Shown: positions 47,011 to 56,707 of the stretch, in pieces
Position numbering within the stretch: the stretch's first letter is position 1
Layout: each line of letters opens with the position of its first letter
Source: Mycobacteriales bacterium
GTDB lineage: Bacteria; Actinomycetota; Actinomycetes; Mycobacteriales; CADCTP01
Length of the DNA stretch: 63,828 nt
Assembly (NCBI GenBank): GCA_045806925.1
Contig: JBJMII010000085.1
Span: 1 to 63,828 of the forward strand
Direction of reading: 5' to 3'
The notes under the pieces: model-generated
What the model was told of the DNA's origin: nothing
The model's database searches: none
The model's input: only the letters and a program-made list of their open reading frames with translations
Translations under genes and position numbers: made by a program

Positions 47011-48666
47011 TCAGCAGAAGCTGAGCCGTCCGATGCGGGTGATCCACTGGCCGTTGGACTGGAAGATCTCCTGCGCGGTGACCGCGGTGCGGCCGGCGGG
47101 GCAGGTGGGGCTGGCCGCGGTCGGGTCGATGGCGACCGAGGAGAGGTCACCGAAGCGGGTGTTGCTGGAGGTGGACGATCCGGTGGCGAGGACGAGCCCG
47201 GTGCCGATCAGGGCGGGGACGCCGCCGCCGGGAGTGACGCCGTCGACGGTGTTGGAGGTCGGGACGCCGGCGGGGGTGTCCGTGTAGGCCCAGTTCAGCC
47301 AGAGGTAGACGACGTTGGCACCGGCGTCGGCGACGCCGATGGAGGGGTTGAAGTCGTCGCTGGTGCCGCTGCGGAAGGCGTTCTGGGCGGTGACGGTGTT
47401 GCTGGAGACGCTGATCGCGCCGTAGCGGACGCCGGGGAAGCTGCCGATGGCCTGGGCGTGCGTGAACCAGACGAAGCCTTCGTCCTGGAAGGGTGGTGCC
47501 TGGATGCGGCCGTCGAGCGGGTCGAGGGTGGTGGCGGTGCCGGGCTGGTTGACCCGCCGGGGCGGGGCGCTGAAGGCGGAGCTGGCGACCGCGAGCGGGG
47601 TGAGGGTGGTGCCGGGACCGGCCGAGTTGTTCATGCGGTAGAGCTGGTAGCCGGTGCCCGGGATGGACCGCAGGTAGTAGGTGTCGGTGGTGGCGGCGAT
47701 CGGGATGCCGGTCACGGTGACGGGGGCGGTGGAGAAGCCCACGGCGAAGGAGGAGAAGCTGAAGCCGGCGCCGGCGTAGGCCGCGGACTTCGGGATGGCG
47801 AACACGGCGGAGTTGATGTAGGTGAAGCCGCCGGTGCTGGTGCGCCGGAAGTTGTTCGACGAGGAGAGCAGCGCGACCCGGTCCTGCCCGAGGTAGGGGT
47901 AGTCGAGCAGCGTTCCGGCCGGGTAGAGCGACCCGGAGAAGGTGACGGTGTAGACCCACCAGGTGCCGCAGCCGTCCGCGGTCTGGCTGGTCAGCAGGAA
48001 CAGGGTCGGCGTGGCGGCGGTGCTGGCGGGCACCGGGATCACGACCAGGGAGAACCGGTTGTTGAGGTTGTCCCACTGGATGTGCGGGTCGGAGATCGAC
48101 GCGCTGGTCCCGATGAACGTGTTCAGGCCGACGCCGCAGAGGGTGCCGCCGGTCTTGTTGAACACCTGCAGGCGAAGGTTCACCACGTGCGCGATCTGGG
48201 TGGGGCTGACCGCCGCGTTCGGGTCCGGTGGCTGGCAGCCTCCGCAGTTCGAGCCGGCCTGGGTGATGCCGTTGAAGTTGGCGTCGACGGTGGTCGGCGC
48301 GGTCAGCGGCCGTACCGTCCGAAGGTCGGTGTTGGGCCCGGTGCGGGTAGCGGTGGCGCCGAGCACCGGCTTCGCGGCGGTCGCCGGACGGGCCGGCAGC
48401 GACCGTCCGGCCGGCCGGCCGTCGCGGCCGAGCGGGCCGAAGCTGCGGCCGTGGGGAAGCAGCTGCGCGCCGGCGGCGGCGCGGTGGACGTTGACCGGGC
48501 GCGCCACCGCGACACCCTCGCCCTGTGGCGCCTGGCCAACAGCCGACGAGGTGGTTGACGCGGGTGACGCTGGTGAAGCGGAGGCGCCGCCTGCGCCGGC
48601 GGTGAGCATGCCGAGGACGACGGCACCGGCGGCGGGGAGCGCCACGCGGTGATACCAGGATCGCAC
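47011..48666 (-). CDS. Secreted Ser/Thr-rich hypothetical protein (probable beta-propeller)
   Basis: Signal peptide; PPDPNAAV, DPHIQWD, DYPYLG, RFGDLS motifs; RBS GAGGAG. Confidence 0.8.
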   Translation of the reverse strand: MRSWYHRVALPAAGAVVLGMLTAGAGGASASPASPASTTSSAVGQAPQGEGVAVARPVNVHRAAAGAQLLPHGRSFGPLGRDGRPAGRSLPARPATAAKPVLGATATRTGPNTDLRTVRPLTAPTTVDANFNGITQAGSNCGGCQPPDPNAAVSPTQIAHVVNLRLQVFNKTGGTLCGVGLNTFIGTSASISDPHIQWDNLNNRFSLVVIPVPASTAATPTLFLLTSQTADGCGTWWVYTVTFSGSLYPAGTLLDYPYLGQDRVALLSSSNNFRRTSTGGFTYINSAVFAIPKSAAYAGAGFSFSSFAVGFSTAPVTVTGIPIAATTDTYYLRSIPGTGYQLYRMNNSAGPGTTLTPLAVASSAFSAPPRRVNQPGTATTLDPLDGRIQAPPFQDEGFVWFTHAQAIGSFPGVRYGAISVSSNTVTAQNAFRSGTSDDFNPSIGVADAGANVVYLWLNWAYTDTPAGVPTSNTVDGVTPGGGVPALIGTGLVLATGSSTSSNTRFGDLSSVAIDPTAASPTCPAGRTAVTAQEIFQSNGQWITRIGRLSFC

Positions 48667-48890
48667 GATTTCTCCTCGAAGGACGTGATGATGGCCGACC
48701 GGTACGATCTAGCGGCCAGTGACGGGATCCCTGCGACGGAGTGTGCTCTGACGATCACATTGCGTCAAGGATGCGCCGGATGACCCCGGTGCCGGAATCA
48801 GACCGCCGGGAAAGAGGGCGCCTGGACGACCATGCTCGGCCAGCCGAGGAACCCCAGCCGGGCCTGGCTCGTCACATCGGGGTGAGCCGC

Positions 48891-49298
48891 ATGACCCGAG
48901 TGGTGCTTCTGGCGGCGGTGGGCGTGCTGGCAGTGTCCGGCTGCGGACGCGGAGACACCGGCGCCGGCGCCCCCGACTCCGGTGTCGAGGGCCACACCAT
49001 GGTCGATGGCGGCTGCCCCATCCTGCGGCCCGGCTCGCCCTGCCCGGACCTGCCCATCCGCGCGAGGATCACCGTCACCGGCCCGGACGGCGAGCAGGTC
49101 ACCACCCAGGAGACCGGTGTCGACGGCCGCTTCCGCATCCCCCTGCCACCCGGCAGCTACCTGCTGCACCCGGCCAACACGACCGACGCGCTGCTCCCGC
49201 GGGCCCTGCCGGTCCGCGCCACCGTCACCGCCGGTCGCTACCAGGACGTACGGATCATGTTCGACTCCGGTATCCGGGCACCCTCCCCCGGCGGCTGA
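48891..49298 (+). CDS. Lipoprotein with carboxypeptidase-regulatory-like beta-sandwich
   Basis: Lipobox AVSGC; CP..CP; DGRFRI.LPPG.Y; DSGIR. Confidence 0.75.
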   Translation: MTRVVLLAAVGVLAVSGCGRGDTGAGAPDSGVEGHTMVDGGCPILRPGSPCPDLPIRARITVTGPDGEQVTTQETGVDGRFRIPLPPGSYLLHPANTTDALLPRALPVRATVTAGRYQDVRIMFDSGIRAPSPGG

Positions 49299-49322
49299 CC
49301 GCCACGCCCATAGGCTGGCGGC

Positions 49323-50264
49323 GTGCACCTGCGGGTGGGTCTGCACGCGGGCCAGCAGTTCGCCACCTTCGCCGAGTGTCTCGACCTGTGGGTGCGGGCG
49401 GAGGCGCTCGGCTACGACTGGGTGTCGGTCTTCGACCACTACCGACCGCCGCTCGGGGGTCCGGACGGGCCGTGTCTGGAGGGGCCGACCCTGCTCGCCG
49501 CGCTCGCCGCCCGGACCGGCAGGGTCCGCTGCGGCATGCTGGTGCTCGGCGTGCACCACCGGCACCCGGCCGCAGTGGCGTCCATCGCCGCGACGCTCGA
49601 CCAGGTCAGCGGCGGCCGGCTGGAGCTCGGGCTGGGTGCCGGCGGCCCGGACCTGGCGCACGAGCAGTGGGGACTGCCGTGGCCGGCGCCGGCCGACCGG
49701 GTCGCGCTGCTCGACGAGACCTGCCGGATCCTGCGCTCGCTGTGGCAGCGGGACCGGACGACGCACCACGGGCGCTGGTTCCGGCTGGAGGGGGCGACCC
49801 TTCAGCCCAAGCCGGTGCAGTCCCGGCTGCCGCTGGTCATCGGCGGCGCCGGGCCGCGGCTGCTGCGGGTCGCCGCGGAGCACGCCGACGTCTGGAACAC
49901 GCTGCCCGGCACGGTGCACCGCTACCGGGCGACCGCCGGGCTGCTGTCCGACCGGTGCGCCGACGTCGGCCGGGACCCGGCCGCGATCCGCCGGTCGATC
50001 ACGTTCCGGGCGGTGCTCGGGGAGACGCCGGCCGAGGTGTCGGCGCGGCGGGACGAGGTGTTCGGCCGGCTGCCGGCCGGGTCACCGGACCTCGCGGAGT
50101 ATCTCAGCGTCGGCACCCCGGAGCAGTGTGTCGCCGACCTGCTGCCGTACGCCGAGCTGGGTGTGCGGGACTTCCTGCTCGGGGCGCGGCCACCGGTCGA
50201 CTGGCGCACGGTGGAGCTGATGGCGACGGCCGTCGCTCCGGCCCTGCGGGCCGCGGTGGGGTGA
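49323..50264 (+). CDS. LLM-class (luciferase-like, possibly F420-dependent) oxidoreductase
   Basis: AEALGYD..DH, TLDQVSGGRLELGLGAG, PKPVQ, IGG, ADVWN. Confidence 0.9.
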   Translation: MHLRVGLHAGQQFATFAECLDLWVRAEALGYDWVSVFDHYRPPLGGPDGPCLEGPTLLAALAARTGRVRCGMLVLGVHHRHPAAVASIAATLDQVSGGRLELGLGAGGPDLAHEQWGLPWPAPADRVALLDETCRILRSLWQRDRTTHHGRWFRLEGATLQPKPVQSRLPLVIGGAGPRLLRVAAEHADVWNTLPGTVHRYRATAGLLSDRCADVGRDPAAIRRSITFRAVLGETPAEVSARRDEVFGRLPAGSPDLAEYLSVGTPEQCVADLLPYAELGVRDFLLGARPPVDWRTVELMATAVAPALRAAVG

Positions 50265-50270
50265 GCGCGC

Positions 50271-51317
50271 TCAGACCCGACCCGGCTCGTCGGCGCGGAA
50301 CGGGGCCCGGCCCAGCCGGCGGGCCACCCCGGCGGCGAGCGGCGCGGCGAAGCCGCCGTACACGAACGGGGACAGCTCCTCCGCCACGTCACCGGGCACC
50401 GGCAGCGTGACCAGGGCCTGCCCGGCGACGGCGGTGTCCGCCTCGTGCACCACGGCGACCACCCGGCGGCCGGCCGACCGGGCCCGGGCGGCGACCTCGG
50501 CGGCCCGGGCGTGCGCCCCGCCCGGGGGCGCGACCAGCACCACCGGCATGTCCAGCGGGTAGGCGAACCTCTCGACGTGCCACCACTCCTCGACGTCCTG
50601 GCCCACCGTGAGCGTCCCGGCGGCCTCCACCAGCTTCGCGGCCGCGAAGAGCGCGGTGCCGTGGCTCGGGCCGCCGCCGAGCACGACCGCGGCCGGCGAG
50701 CTGGCCAGCACTCCGGCGGCCTCCGCGCACGGGCCGGCGAGCACCTCCAGCGTGACCTCGAGCAGGTCCGCCGCGGCGGCGATCGGCTCCGCCGGGCGGC
50801 CTCCGAGGCGCAGCGCGAGCAGGGTGAGCCCGAGCAGGCTGGCCTGGTGCGTGCGGACACCGGCGGACCGTTCCGGCCGGGGCAGCTCGACCAGCACGGT
50901 GCGGTCCGCCGCGGCGCTGAGCGGGCTGCCTCCCGCACCGGTCACGGCCAGCGTCGTCGCGCCCGCCCCGGCCGCCGCGCGCAGCGCCCGCAGCACCCGC
51001 TCGGTCCGCCCGGACGCCGAGGTGCCCACCACCAGGGGGCGGCCCGGGCCGTCGAGGTGGAGCGCCGCGGCGCCGTACTCGGCGAACCGCAACGCGGGCT
51101 GCGGCTGGCAGGCCACGCCGGACCGTTGGAAGGCCAGCTCGGCGGCGTTGCCGGCGTGCAGCGAGTCACCGTCGCCGACCAGGTAGACCCGGGACGGGGA
51201 CAGCCCGCGCAGCGCGGCGTCCACCCGCCGGGTGACCACCGGCGTCAGCGAGCGCAGGTCGCCGACCAGCGCGGCGGACTGGCGCAGCAGCACGTCCGGC
51301 CCCGGCAGGTCAGCCAC
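50271..51317 (-). CDS. Double SIS-domain sugar-phosphate isomerase/deaminase (GlmS-C/FrlB-like)
   Basis: GDGDS, TSASGRT, KLVEAA, EEWWH. Confidence 0.82.
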   Translation of the reverse strand: MADLPGPDVLLRQSAALVGDLRSLTPVVTRRVDAALRGLSPSRVYLVGDGDSLHAGNAAELAFQRSGVACQPQPALRFAEYGAAALHLDGPGRPLVVGTSASGRTERVLRALRAAAGAGATTLAVTGAGGSPLSAAADRTVLVELPRPERSAGVRTHQASLLGLTLLALRLGGRPAEPIAAAADLLEVTLEVLAGPCAEAAGVLASSPAAVVLGGGPSHGTALFAAAKLVEAAGTLTVGQDVEEWWHVERFAYPLDMPVVLVAPPGGAHARAAEVAARARSAGRRVVAVVHEADTAVAGQALVTLPVPGDVAEELSPFVYGGFAAPLAAGVARRLGRAPFRADEPGRV

Positions 51318-52122
51318 GCGGCTCCAGCCCGCGCACGATCCCGACGTACGAGCGGACCCGCTCCACGTCGATCCGGCCGCCCCAGCCGCCGTCCTCCAGG
51401 CAGCTGCCGACGAACGCGCCGTCCACCCCGGCCAGCAGCCGGGCGGCACTCGCGTGGTCGGTGTGCCCGGACAGCAGGATCGGCAGGTCCGGGGTGACCG
51501 CGCGGACCGCGGCGACCGCCGCCAGCGTGCGCTCCGCGTCCGGGTGCCCGAGCGTCACGGCGTCGGCGCCGACGAGCCGGGCGGCGCGGGCCGCGGGCCC
51601 GGCGTGGTCCCGCTCGCCGGCCCAGCGGAACTGGCTGGAGTCGACGTCGGCGACCACCGCGACGTCCCAGGCGTCGATCTTCGCGCGGTACGCCATCACC
51701 GCCTCCGGGTCGGCCTCGACCGGCCCGTGCGCGCTCAGCGTGGCGCCGACCAGCGCCCCCGCCCGGACGAATGCGCCGCCGGCGGTCTTCGCCACCGCGA
51801 GCGACGCGCGCACCGCGTTGCGCATGATCTGCACGCCGACCGCGAACCCGGGCCGGGTGGCGTCCGCCACCGCGCGCACGATCAGCGCCATCGCCGCGGT
51901 CCGGGCCGGGTCCGCCTCGTCGCCGGTCGGGTAGACCCGGTCGACGGTCTGGACCAGGCAGCCGTCCGCACCACCGGCGTCCAGCGCCTGCGCCGAGCCG
52001 ACCGCGGTCCGCACGATCTCGTCCAGGCTCCCGGCCCGGTGGAACGGGGTGCCGGGCAACGGCTGCAGGTGCACCATGCCGATGACCAGCCGGTCTCCGG
52101 TACCCAGCCGCAGCTCCCCCAT
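51310..52122 (-). CDS. BtpA/SgcQ family TIM-barrel protein
   Basis: VIGMVHL.PLPGTP, GADG, DGAFVGS; TGATG coupling. Confidence 0.87.
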   Translation of the reverse strand: MGELRLGTGDRLVIGMVHLQPLPGTPFHRAGSLDEIVRTAVGSAQALDAGGADGCLVQTVDRVYPTGDEADPARTAAMALIVRAVADATRPGFAVGVQIMRNAVRASLAVAKTAGGAFVRAGALVGATLSAHGPVEADPEAVMAYRAKIDAWDVAVVADVDSSQFRWAGERDHAGPAARAARLVGADAVTLGHPDAERTLAAVAAVRAVTPDLPILLSGHTDHASAARLLAGVDGAFVGSCLEDGGWGGRIDVERVRSYVGIVRGLEPRG

Positions 52123-52976
52123 CAGCGGATCCGCAGCCGCTTCAGGTGCCGGCCGGACGGCGCGGCCCCGGTCGGCGCCGCCGTACGGCCGTGGAAGTAG
52201 CGCCGGTTGTCGACCACCACCACCATCCCGGGTGCCCAGCGCACTCCCGCCGCCGGACCGGGCCGGTAGAGCGCGGCGAGCAGCCGGCGCAGCACCGCGC
52301 CGACCTCGGCGGCGCCGGCGTCGCCGGTGTGCACCCAGTCCAGCCGCTCCCCGGCGAAGTCCCGGAACGAGAAGACCGTCCGGTCCCCCACCGTACGCAC
52401 GATGCTCGGCCCGGCGGTGCTCGCCCGGTAGCGGGTCTGCGCGAGCACGCCGAGCGAGCGCTCGTCCAGCGCCGCCGCCACCTCGGCCATCGGCACCAGC
52501 GCGGTCTGCGCGCCGACCGCACTCCGGCCGGGCTGCAGGCACATCAGCACGATGTAGCGCGGCTGGTCGGCGACCGGCCGGCCGCTGCCCTCCGAGTGCA
52601 GGGTGAGCGGGCCCTGCGAGAACGGCTGCAGCGCGACGTCCGCGGTCCGCCCGTGCAGGTCCCGGAGGTTGAGCACGACGCCGTCCTCGACGAACGGCTG
52701 CACCGCCGGGTCCAGTTCCGGGGTGAGCGTGCCGAGCAGCCTGCCCAGCGCCCGGAACTCGGCGGTGTCCAGCGACCGGTCCAGCGCGAGCACGGCCAGC
52801 CCGTCCCGGCCGAGCGCGGCCAGCACCCGGTCCGCCAGCAGCCGCGGACCGTCCGCGGCGGCTGCCGGCATCGGCTCCGGTGCCGGGCCCGGCAGCACCG
52901 CGCCCCGGTCGAGCAGCTCGGCTCGCAGCCGGACGTGCCGGTCGCCGGCGGCCTCCACGAACGAGCCGGTCAGCAC
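52122..52976 (-). CDS. TauD/clavaminate-synthase-like Fe/2OG dioxygenase
   Basis: LHSEGS (HxE), DNRRYFHGR, LKR; RBS GAGGTGG. Confidence 0.82.
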   Translation of the reverse strand: MLTGSFVEAAGDRHVRLRAELLDRGAVLPGPAPEPMPAAAADGPRLLADRVLAALGRDGLAVLALDRSLDTAEFRALGRLLGTLTPELDPAVQPFVEDGVVLNLRDLHGRTADVALQPFSQGPLTLHSEGSGRPVADQPRYIVLMCLQPGRSAVGAQTALVPMAEVAAALDERSLGVLAQTRYRASTAGPSIVRTVGDRTVFSFRDFAGERLDWVHTGDAGAAEVGAVLRRLLAALYRPGPAAGVRWAPGMVVVVDNRRYFHGRTAAPTGAAPSGRHLKRLRIR

Positions 52977-53093
52977 GAGGCCGAGTAGACCACCTCGCCC
53001 GGACCGCAGCCAGCGACCGCCCGCGCGGTTGTCCGGGCCCGGTCGTGGTCCGTACGGTGCGGGGAACCTCCTGCCGCTGCCGGAAGGACGGTC

Positions 53094-54041
53094 ATGGACC
53101 TCAAGTTCGACCCGGATCGGCACATCCGCAGCGTCCGGCACGGTCGCCTGGTCAGCCTGCTGGACTCCGAGCGGCGGGTGCTGCGCGGCGTCCGCGGGAT
53201 CGTCGGGGTGTTCGAGGAGCTCGACGACGGGACCGAGATCGGCGCGGACAGGCTGATCATGGAGTCGGGCTCGGAGTTCGAGCTGCACACGCACCCCGGC
53301 GCGCACATCCTCTACGTGCTGCGGTCGCGGGGCCACATCCACGTCGACGGCGTGGACTACGAGATCGGCGAGGGCGACACCGTCCTCGTCCCGGCGCGGT
53401 ACGTGCACGGCGTCCGGACCATGCGCTCGGTGGCCGCGCCGCTGGAGATCCTCGCCTTCGGGGTGCCGCACCTGCCGCTGGCGTCGGCGGAGCGGATGAC
53501 GCTGGTGAACCCGCCCCGCCCCGCGCCCGCCGACCAGGGCGGCGGCTCGTGGGAGGTGGCCACGGACCCGGCCGAGGTGCACCAGCTGCTGCACGACTCG
53601 GACGCCCACCAGGCCCGGCAGAGTGGCTCGCCGGTGCCGCAGCGGCAGCTGGAGACGACCGTGCGGCACGTCCGGGACGGCGCGGTCCACCTGCTGCGCC
53701 GGGACGGCGTGGCGGTGGCGATGTTCACGCTGAGCTGGTCGCCGGCATTCGACGAGGACGAGTCGATCTTTCCGATCGCGGTCCGGGCGGCGTACCTGTC
53801 CCGGCTCTCGGTCGCTCCGGCGGCGCTGGCGAGCGGATCCCTGGACGGCCTGCGGTGCGTCCGCCGGGCTGTCGAGCTGGCCGCCGAGGCCGGCGCGGAC
53901 GCGCTGCGCTGCGAGGCCAACCCGGACCTGGCCGGGACCCGGGCCATGCTCGACCGGCTCGGCTTCGTGCAGTGCGGGCCGGTGCACGCCGACGACCGCG
54001 GCCGCCGGTGGGTCTACCTGCACCGGCCGCTGGTGGCCTGA
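53094..54041 (+). CDS. Cupin + GNAT fusion protein
   Basis: HTHPGAHILYV..G..VPARYVHG cupin; C-terminal YLSRLSV..LRCE..LDRLGF GNAT-like region. Confidence 0.75.
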   Translation: MDLKFDPDRHIRSVRHGRLVSLLDSERRVLRGVRGIVGVFEELDDGTEIGADRLIMESGSEFELHTHPGAHILYVLRSRGHIHVDGVDYEIGEGDTVLVPARYVHGVRTMRSVAAPLEILAFGVPHLPLASAERMTLVNPPRPAPADQGGGSWEVATDPAEVHQLLHDSDAHQARQSGSPVPQRQLETTVRHVRDGAVHLLRRDGVAVAMFTLSWSPAFDEDESIFPIAVRAAYLSRLSVAPAALASGSLDGLRCVRRAVELAAEAGADALRCEANPDLAGTRAMLDRLGFVQCGPVHADDRGRRWVYLHRPLVA

Positions 54042-54047
54042 CCCGGG

Positions 54048-54947
54048 TCAGCGCCCGCCCGGGACCGGCCGCCAGCCGTGCCCGCGCTGCTCGGCGACGT
54101 ACGCGCGCAGCAGCGCCGCGGCGGTGCCGTCACCGATCGGCGTGTCCGGTGCCGGGTGCACGAACAGCGGCAGCGAGACCCGGGACGACCGGTCGCCACC
54201 GGCCGGCGGGTTGCGTACCCGGTGCTCGACCGCCGGGTAGTGGCCGCCGGTGGCGGCCTGCAGCAGCAGGCCGCCGTTCACCACCGCCGAGCGGGGCGGC
54301 AGCGGCAGGTCCCGCCACCGCCCGGCCGGGTCGCGGACCTGGAGGCCGGGACGGCTGGGCGCGGGCAGCACGGTGAGCAGGTTGACGTCCTGGTGCGCCG
54401 CGGCCCGCAGCCGGCCGGCCGGCGGGCGGTCCACCGGCACGTAGTGCTGGATGCGCAGCAGCGAGCCGGTGGCGCCGGAGACCATCGCGTCCAGCGGCAC
54501 CGCCGGGCGGGCGGCCGCGGGCAGCCCGTCCTGCAGCCAGCCGAGCAGCGTGCGGGCCAGCCGCAGCGCGCCGGTGAGGTAGTCCCGCGCGGCCGGACCG
54601 ACCTCGACCGGGTAACGCCCACCGACGCGCAGGTGGAAGTACTCCTTGCGGTCCCGGCCGGCCGCGGCGTCCTCGGGCCGGCTCGGGAAGTAGCCGCCCG
54701 GCTCCCCCGGGTGGGCCAGGTACGCGTGCTTCGCCGGGGTGCCGAAGAAGTCGAGCCACTCCGCCGGGATGGCCGCGGCCAGGTCGGCGAGCCGGTCCGG
54801 CAGCGCGAGCACGGCCAGCCCGCACTCGTGCATCGAGCCGGCGAAGCGCGCCGGCGCGCCCGACCCGGCGACGTCGACGCTGACGGGTCGGCCGGAGCCG
54901 ACGCGGACCGGCCCGGCGGGGTCGCCGGTCCCGGCGGCGGGGGTCAC
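54048..54947 (-). CDS. Isopenicillin-N-synthase-like Fe/2OG oxygenase
   Basis: DRKEYF, LLRIQHY, AHQD, GLQV, HRV, RVSLPLF. Confidence 0.87.
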   Translation of the reverse strand: MTPAAGTGDPAGPVRVGSGRPVSVDVAGSGAPARFAGSMHECGLAVLALPDRLADLAAAIPAEWLDFFGTPAKHAYLAHPGEPGGYFPSRPEDAAAGRDRKEYFHLRVGGRYPVEVGPAARDYLTGALRLARTLLGWLQDGLPAAARPAVPLDAMVSGATGSLLRIQHYVPVDRPPAGRLRAAAHQDVNLLTVLPAPSRPGLQVRDPAGRWRDLPLPPRSAVVNGGLLLQAATGGHYPAVEHRVRNPPAGGDRSSRVSLPLFVHPAPDTPIGDGTAAALLRAYVAEQRGHGWRPVPGGR

Positions 54948-56632
54948 CGCGCGCCGGGCGGCGCCGGGTCGCCGTCGTCCCGGTCCCGCAGCGTCTCGGC
55001 GAGCTGCGGCCGCAGCACCTTGCCGGTGGGCGTGCGCGGGATCCGCTCCAGCCGGACGATCCGGCGCGGGCCCAGCCGGGCCGGCAGCGCGGCGCCCAGC
55101 GCCGCCCGGACCCGCTCGTCCAAGCCGTCCGCGCCGTCCGCGCGGGCGGGGCCGTCCAAGCCGGCGGGGCCGTCCGGGCCGGCGCCGGTCACGATGCCGG
55201 TGACGATCCGTTCGCCCAGGAACCGGTCCGGAACGGCGACGCTGGCCGCGTCCCGGATCCCCGGGACGCTCAGCAGCACCCGGTCGATCTCCTCCAGCGA
55301 GACGCTCTCGCCCTGGACCTTGGCCACGTTCTTGGTCCGGCCGGTGAGCACGAGGTGCCGCCGGCCGTCCGCGCCGACCACCTCGTGGCCGAGGTCCCGG
55401 GTGTGGAACCAGCCGCCGGCGAAGGCCTCGGCGGTCGCCTCCGGATTGCCCAGGTAGCCGGTCATCACGTTGTGCCCGCGGACGCAGACCTCGCCCCGGG
55501 TGCCCGGCGGGGCCGGCTGCCCGTCCACCAGCACGGCGACCTCGTTGCCGGTCACCGCGGTGCCCACCGCCGGCACCTCGGCGTCCAGCACCAGCCGCCG
55601 GTACTCCGGCTCGGGCAGGTCGACCGGCAGCGTCGTGGCGAAGTTGACCGTCTCGGTCAGGCCGTAGCCCTGGACCACCCGGACGCCGAGCCGGTCCAGC
55701 ACGGCCCGCGCGGTCCGGGCCGGCAGCGGGGCGGCGGCCGAGACCAGGTGGTCGAGCCCGGCCGGCGGCGGCCGCCGCCAGGTCTCGACGAGCGCCTCCA
55801 GGATGCTCGGCACGACGCTGGCGACCCGGGGCCGGAACCGCTCCACCAGGCCCGGGTAGCCGAAGGGGTCGAAGCCGCCGGCGAGCACCGCGTGCGCGCC
55901 GGACCACAGGGTGCCGAGCAGGGTGAAGTGCAGGCCGTTGACGTGGTGCACCGGCAGGCAGCCGAGGAACCGGTCGCCGGCGGACAGCCGGTGGTGCCGC
56001 CGCACCGCCTCGGCGTTGACCACCGCGTTGTAGTGCGACTGCACCACCAGCTTGGACTCCGCGGTGGACCCCGATGTGCCGAAGCACAGTGCTGCCGACG
56101 CCGGGTCGAGGTCCGCCGCCGGAGGTGTGGGCCGGTCCGGCAGCGCCGCCGGTGCGGGCAGCGGCAGCGCCTCCGGCAGCGCGCCGGCCGGCACCGCCGG
56201 GGACCGCAGGGCGAGCCGCGCGCCGGCCGCCCGCAGCTGCCGGCGGTGCCGGTCGGGCGGCCCGTCCGGCGGCAGCAGCAGCGCCGGGCAGCCGGATCGC
56301 AGCAGCGCCAGCACGGCGAGTGCCGACGGCAGGTCGTTGACCGGCAGCAGGCCGACCGGCTCGCCGGGCCGGAGCTCGAGGTCGGCCCGCAGCCAGCCGG
56401 CCAGGCGGCCGGTCAGCTGGCCGACCTCCGCGTACGTCACCGTGCCCGCCGACCCGTCCGGTGCGACGGCGGTGAGGTACGGGTCGCCGCCCCGGCGCGC
56501 CGCCTGCTCCTCCAGTCGCGCGGCGAGCGTCGGCGGGATCGGCAGCCGGTCGGCGAAGCGCCGGCCGCGCCACCGGTGGGCGAGCTCGGCGTCGGAGCCG
56601 ACCGCCCAGCCCGCCCGCGGAGCGCTCGTCAT
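54944..56632 (-). CDS. Class I adenylate-forming enzyme (acyl-CoA/acyl-ACP ligase)
   Basis: GTSGSTAESK, GYGLTE, WFHTRDLG, GRTK, PRTPTGK. Confidence 0.92.
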   Translation of the reverse strand: MTSAPRAGWAVGSDAELAHRWRGRRFADRLPIPPTLAARLEEQAARRGGDPYLTAVAPDGSAGTVTYAEVGQLTGRLAGWLRADLELRPGEPVGLLPVNDLPSALAVLALLRSGCPALLLPPDGPPDRHRRQLRAAGARLALRSPAVPAGALPEALPLPAPAALPDRPTPPAADLDPASAALCFGTSGSTAESKLVVQSHYNAVVNAEAVRRHHRLSAGDRFLGCLPVHHVNGLHFTLLGTLWSGAHAVLAGGFDPFGYPGLVERFRPRVASVVPSILEALVETWRRPPPAGLDHLVSAAAPLPARTARAVLDRLGVRVVQGYGLTETVNFATTLPVDLPEPEYRRLVLDAEVPAVGTAVTGNEVAVLVDGQPAPPGTRGEVCVRGHNVMTGYLGNPEATAEAFAGGWFHTRDLGHEVVGADGRRHLVLTGRTKNVAKVQGESVSLEEIDRVLLSVPGIRDAASVAVPDRFLGERIVTGIVTGAGPDGPAGLDGPARADGADGLDERVRAALGAALPARLGPRRIVRLERIPRTPTGKVLRPQLAETLRDRDDGDPAPPGAR

Positions 56633-56707
56633 CCGACCGGTGCCTCCTGCTGCGCGGGCGCGTGACGACAGCCGCCGAAGCGTGCCGACGGTGCCAGACT
56701 ACGAGCC

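Noticed and set aside
48742..48767. CRP/GlxR site (TGTGC-N8-TCACA) overlapping TGACG-N9-CGTCA
   Set aside because: Spacer is 8 rather than 6 and the arms are too short to call.
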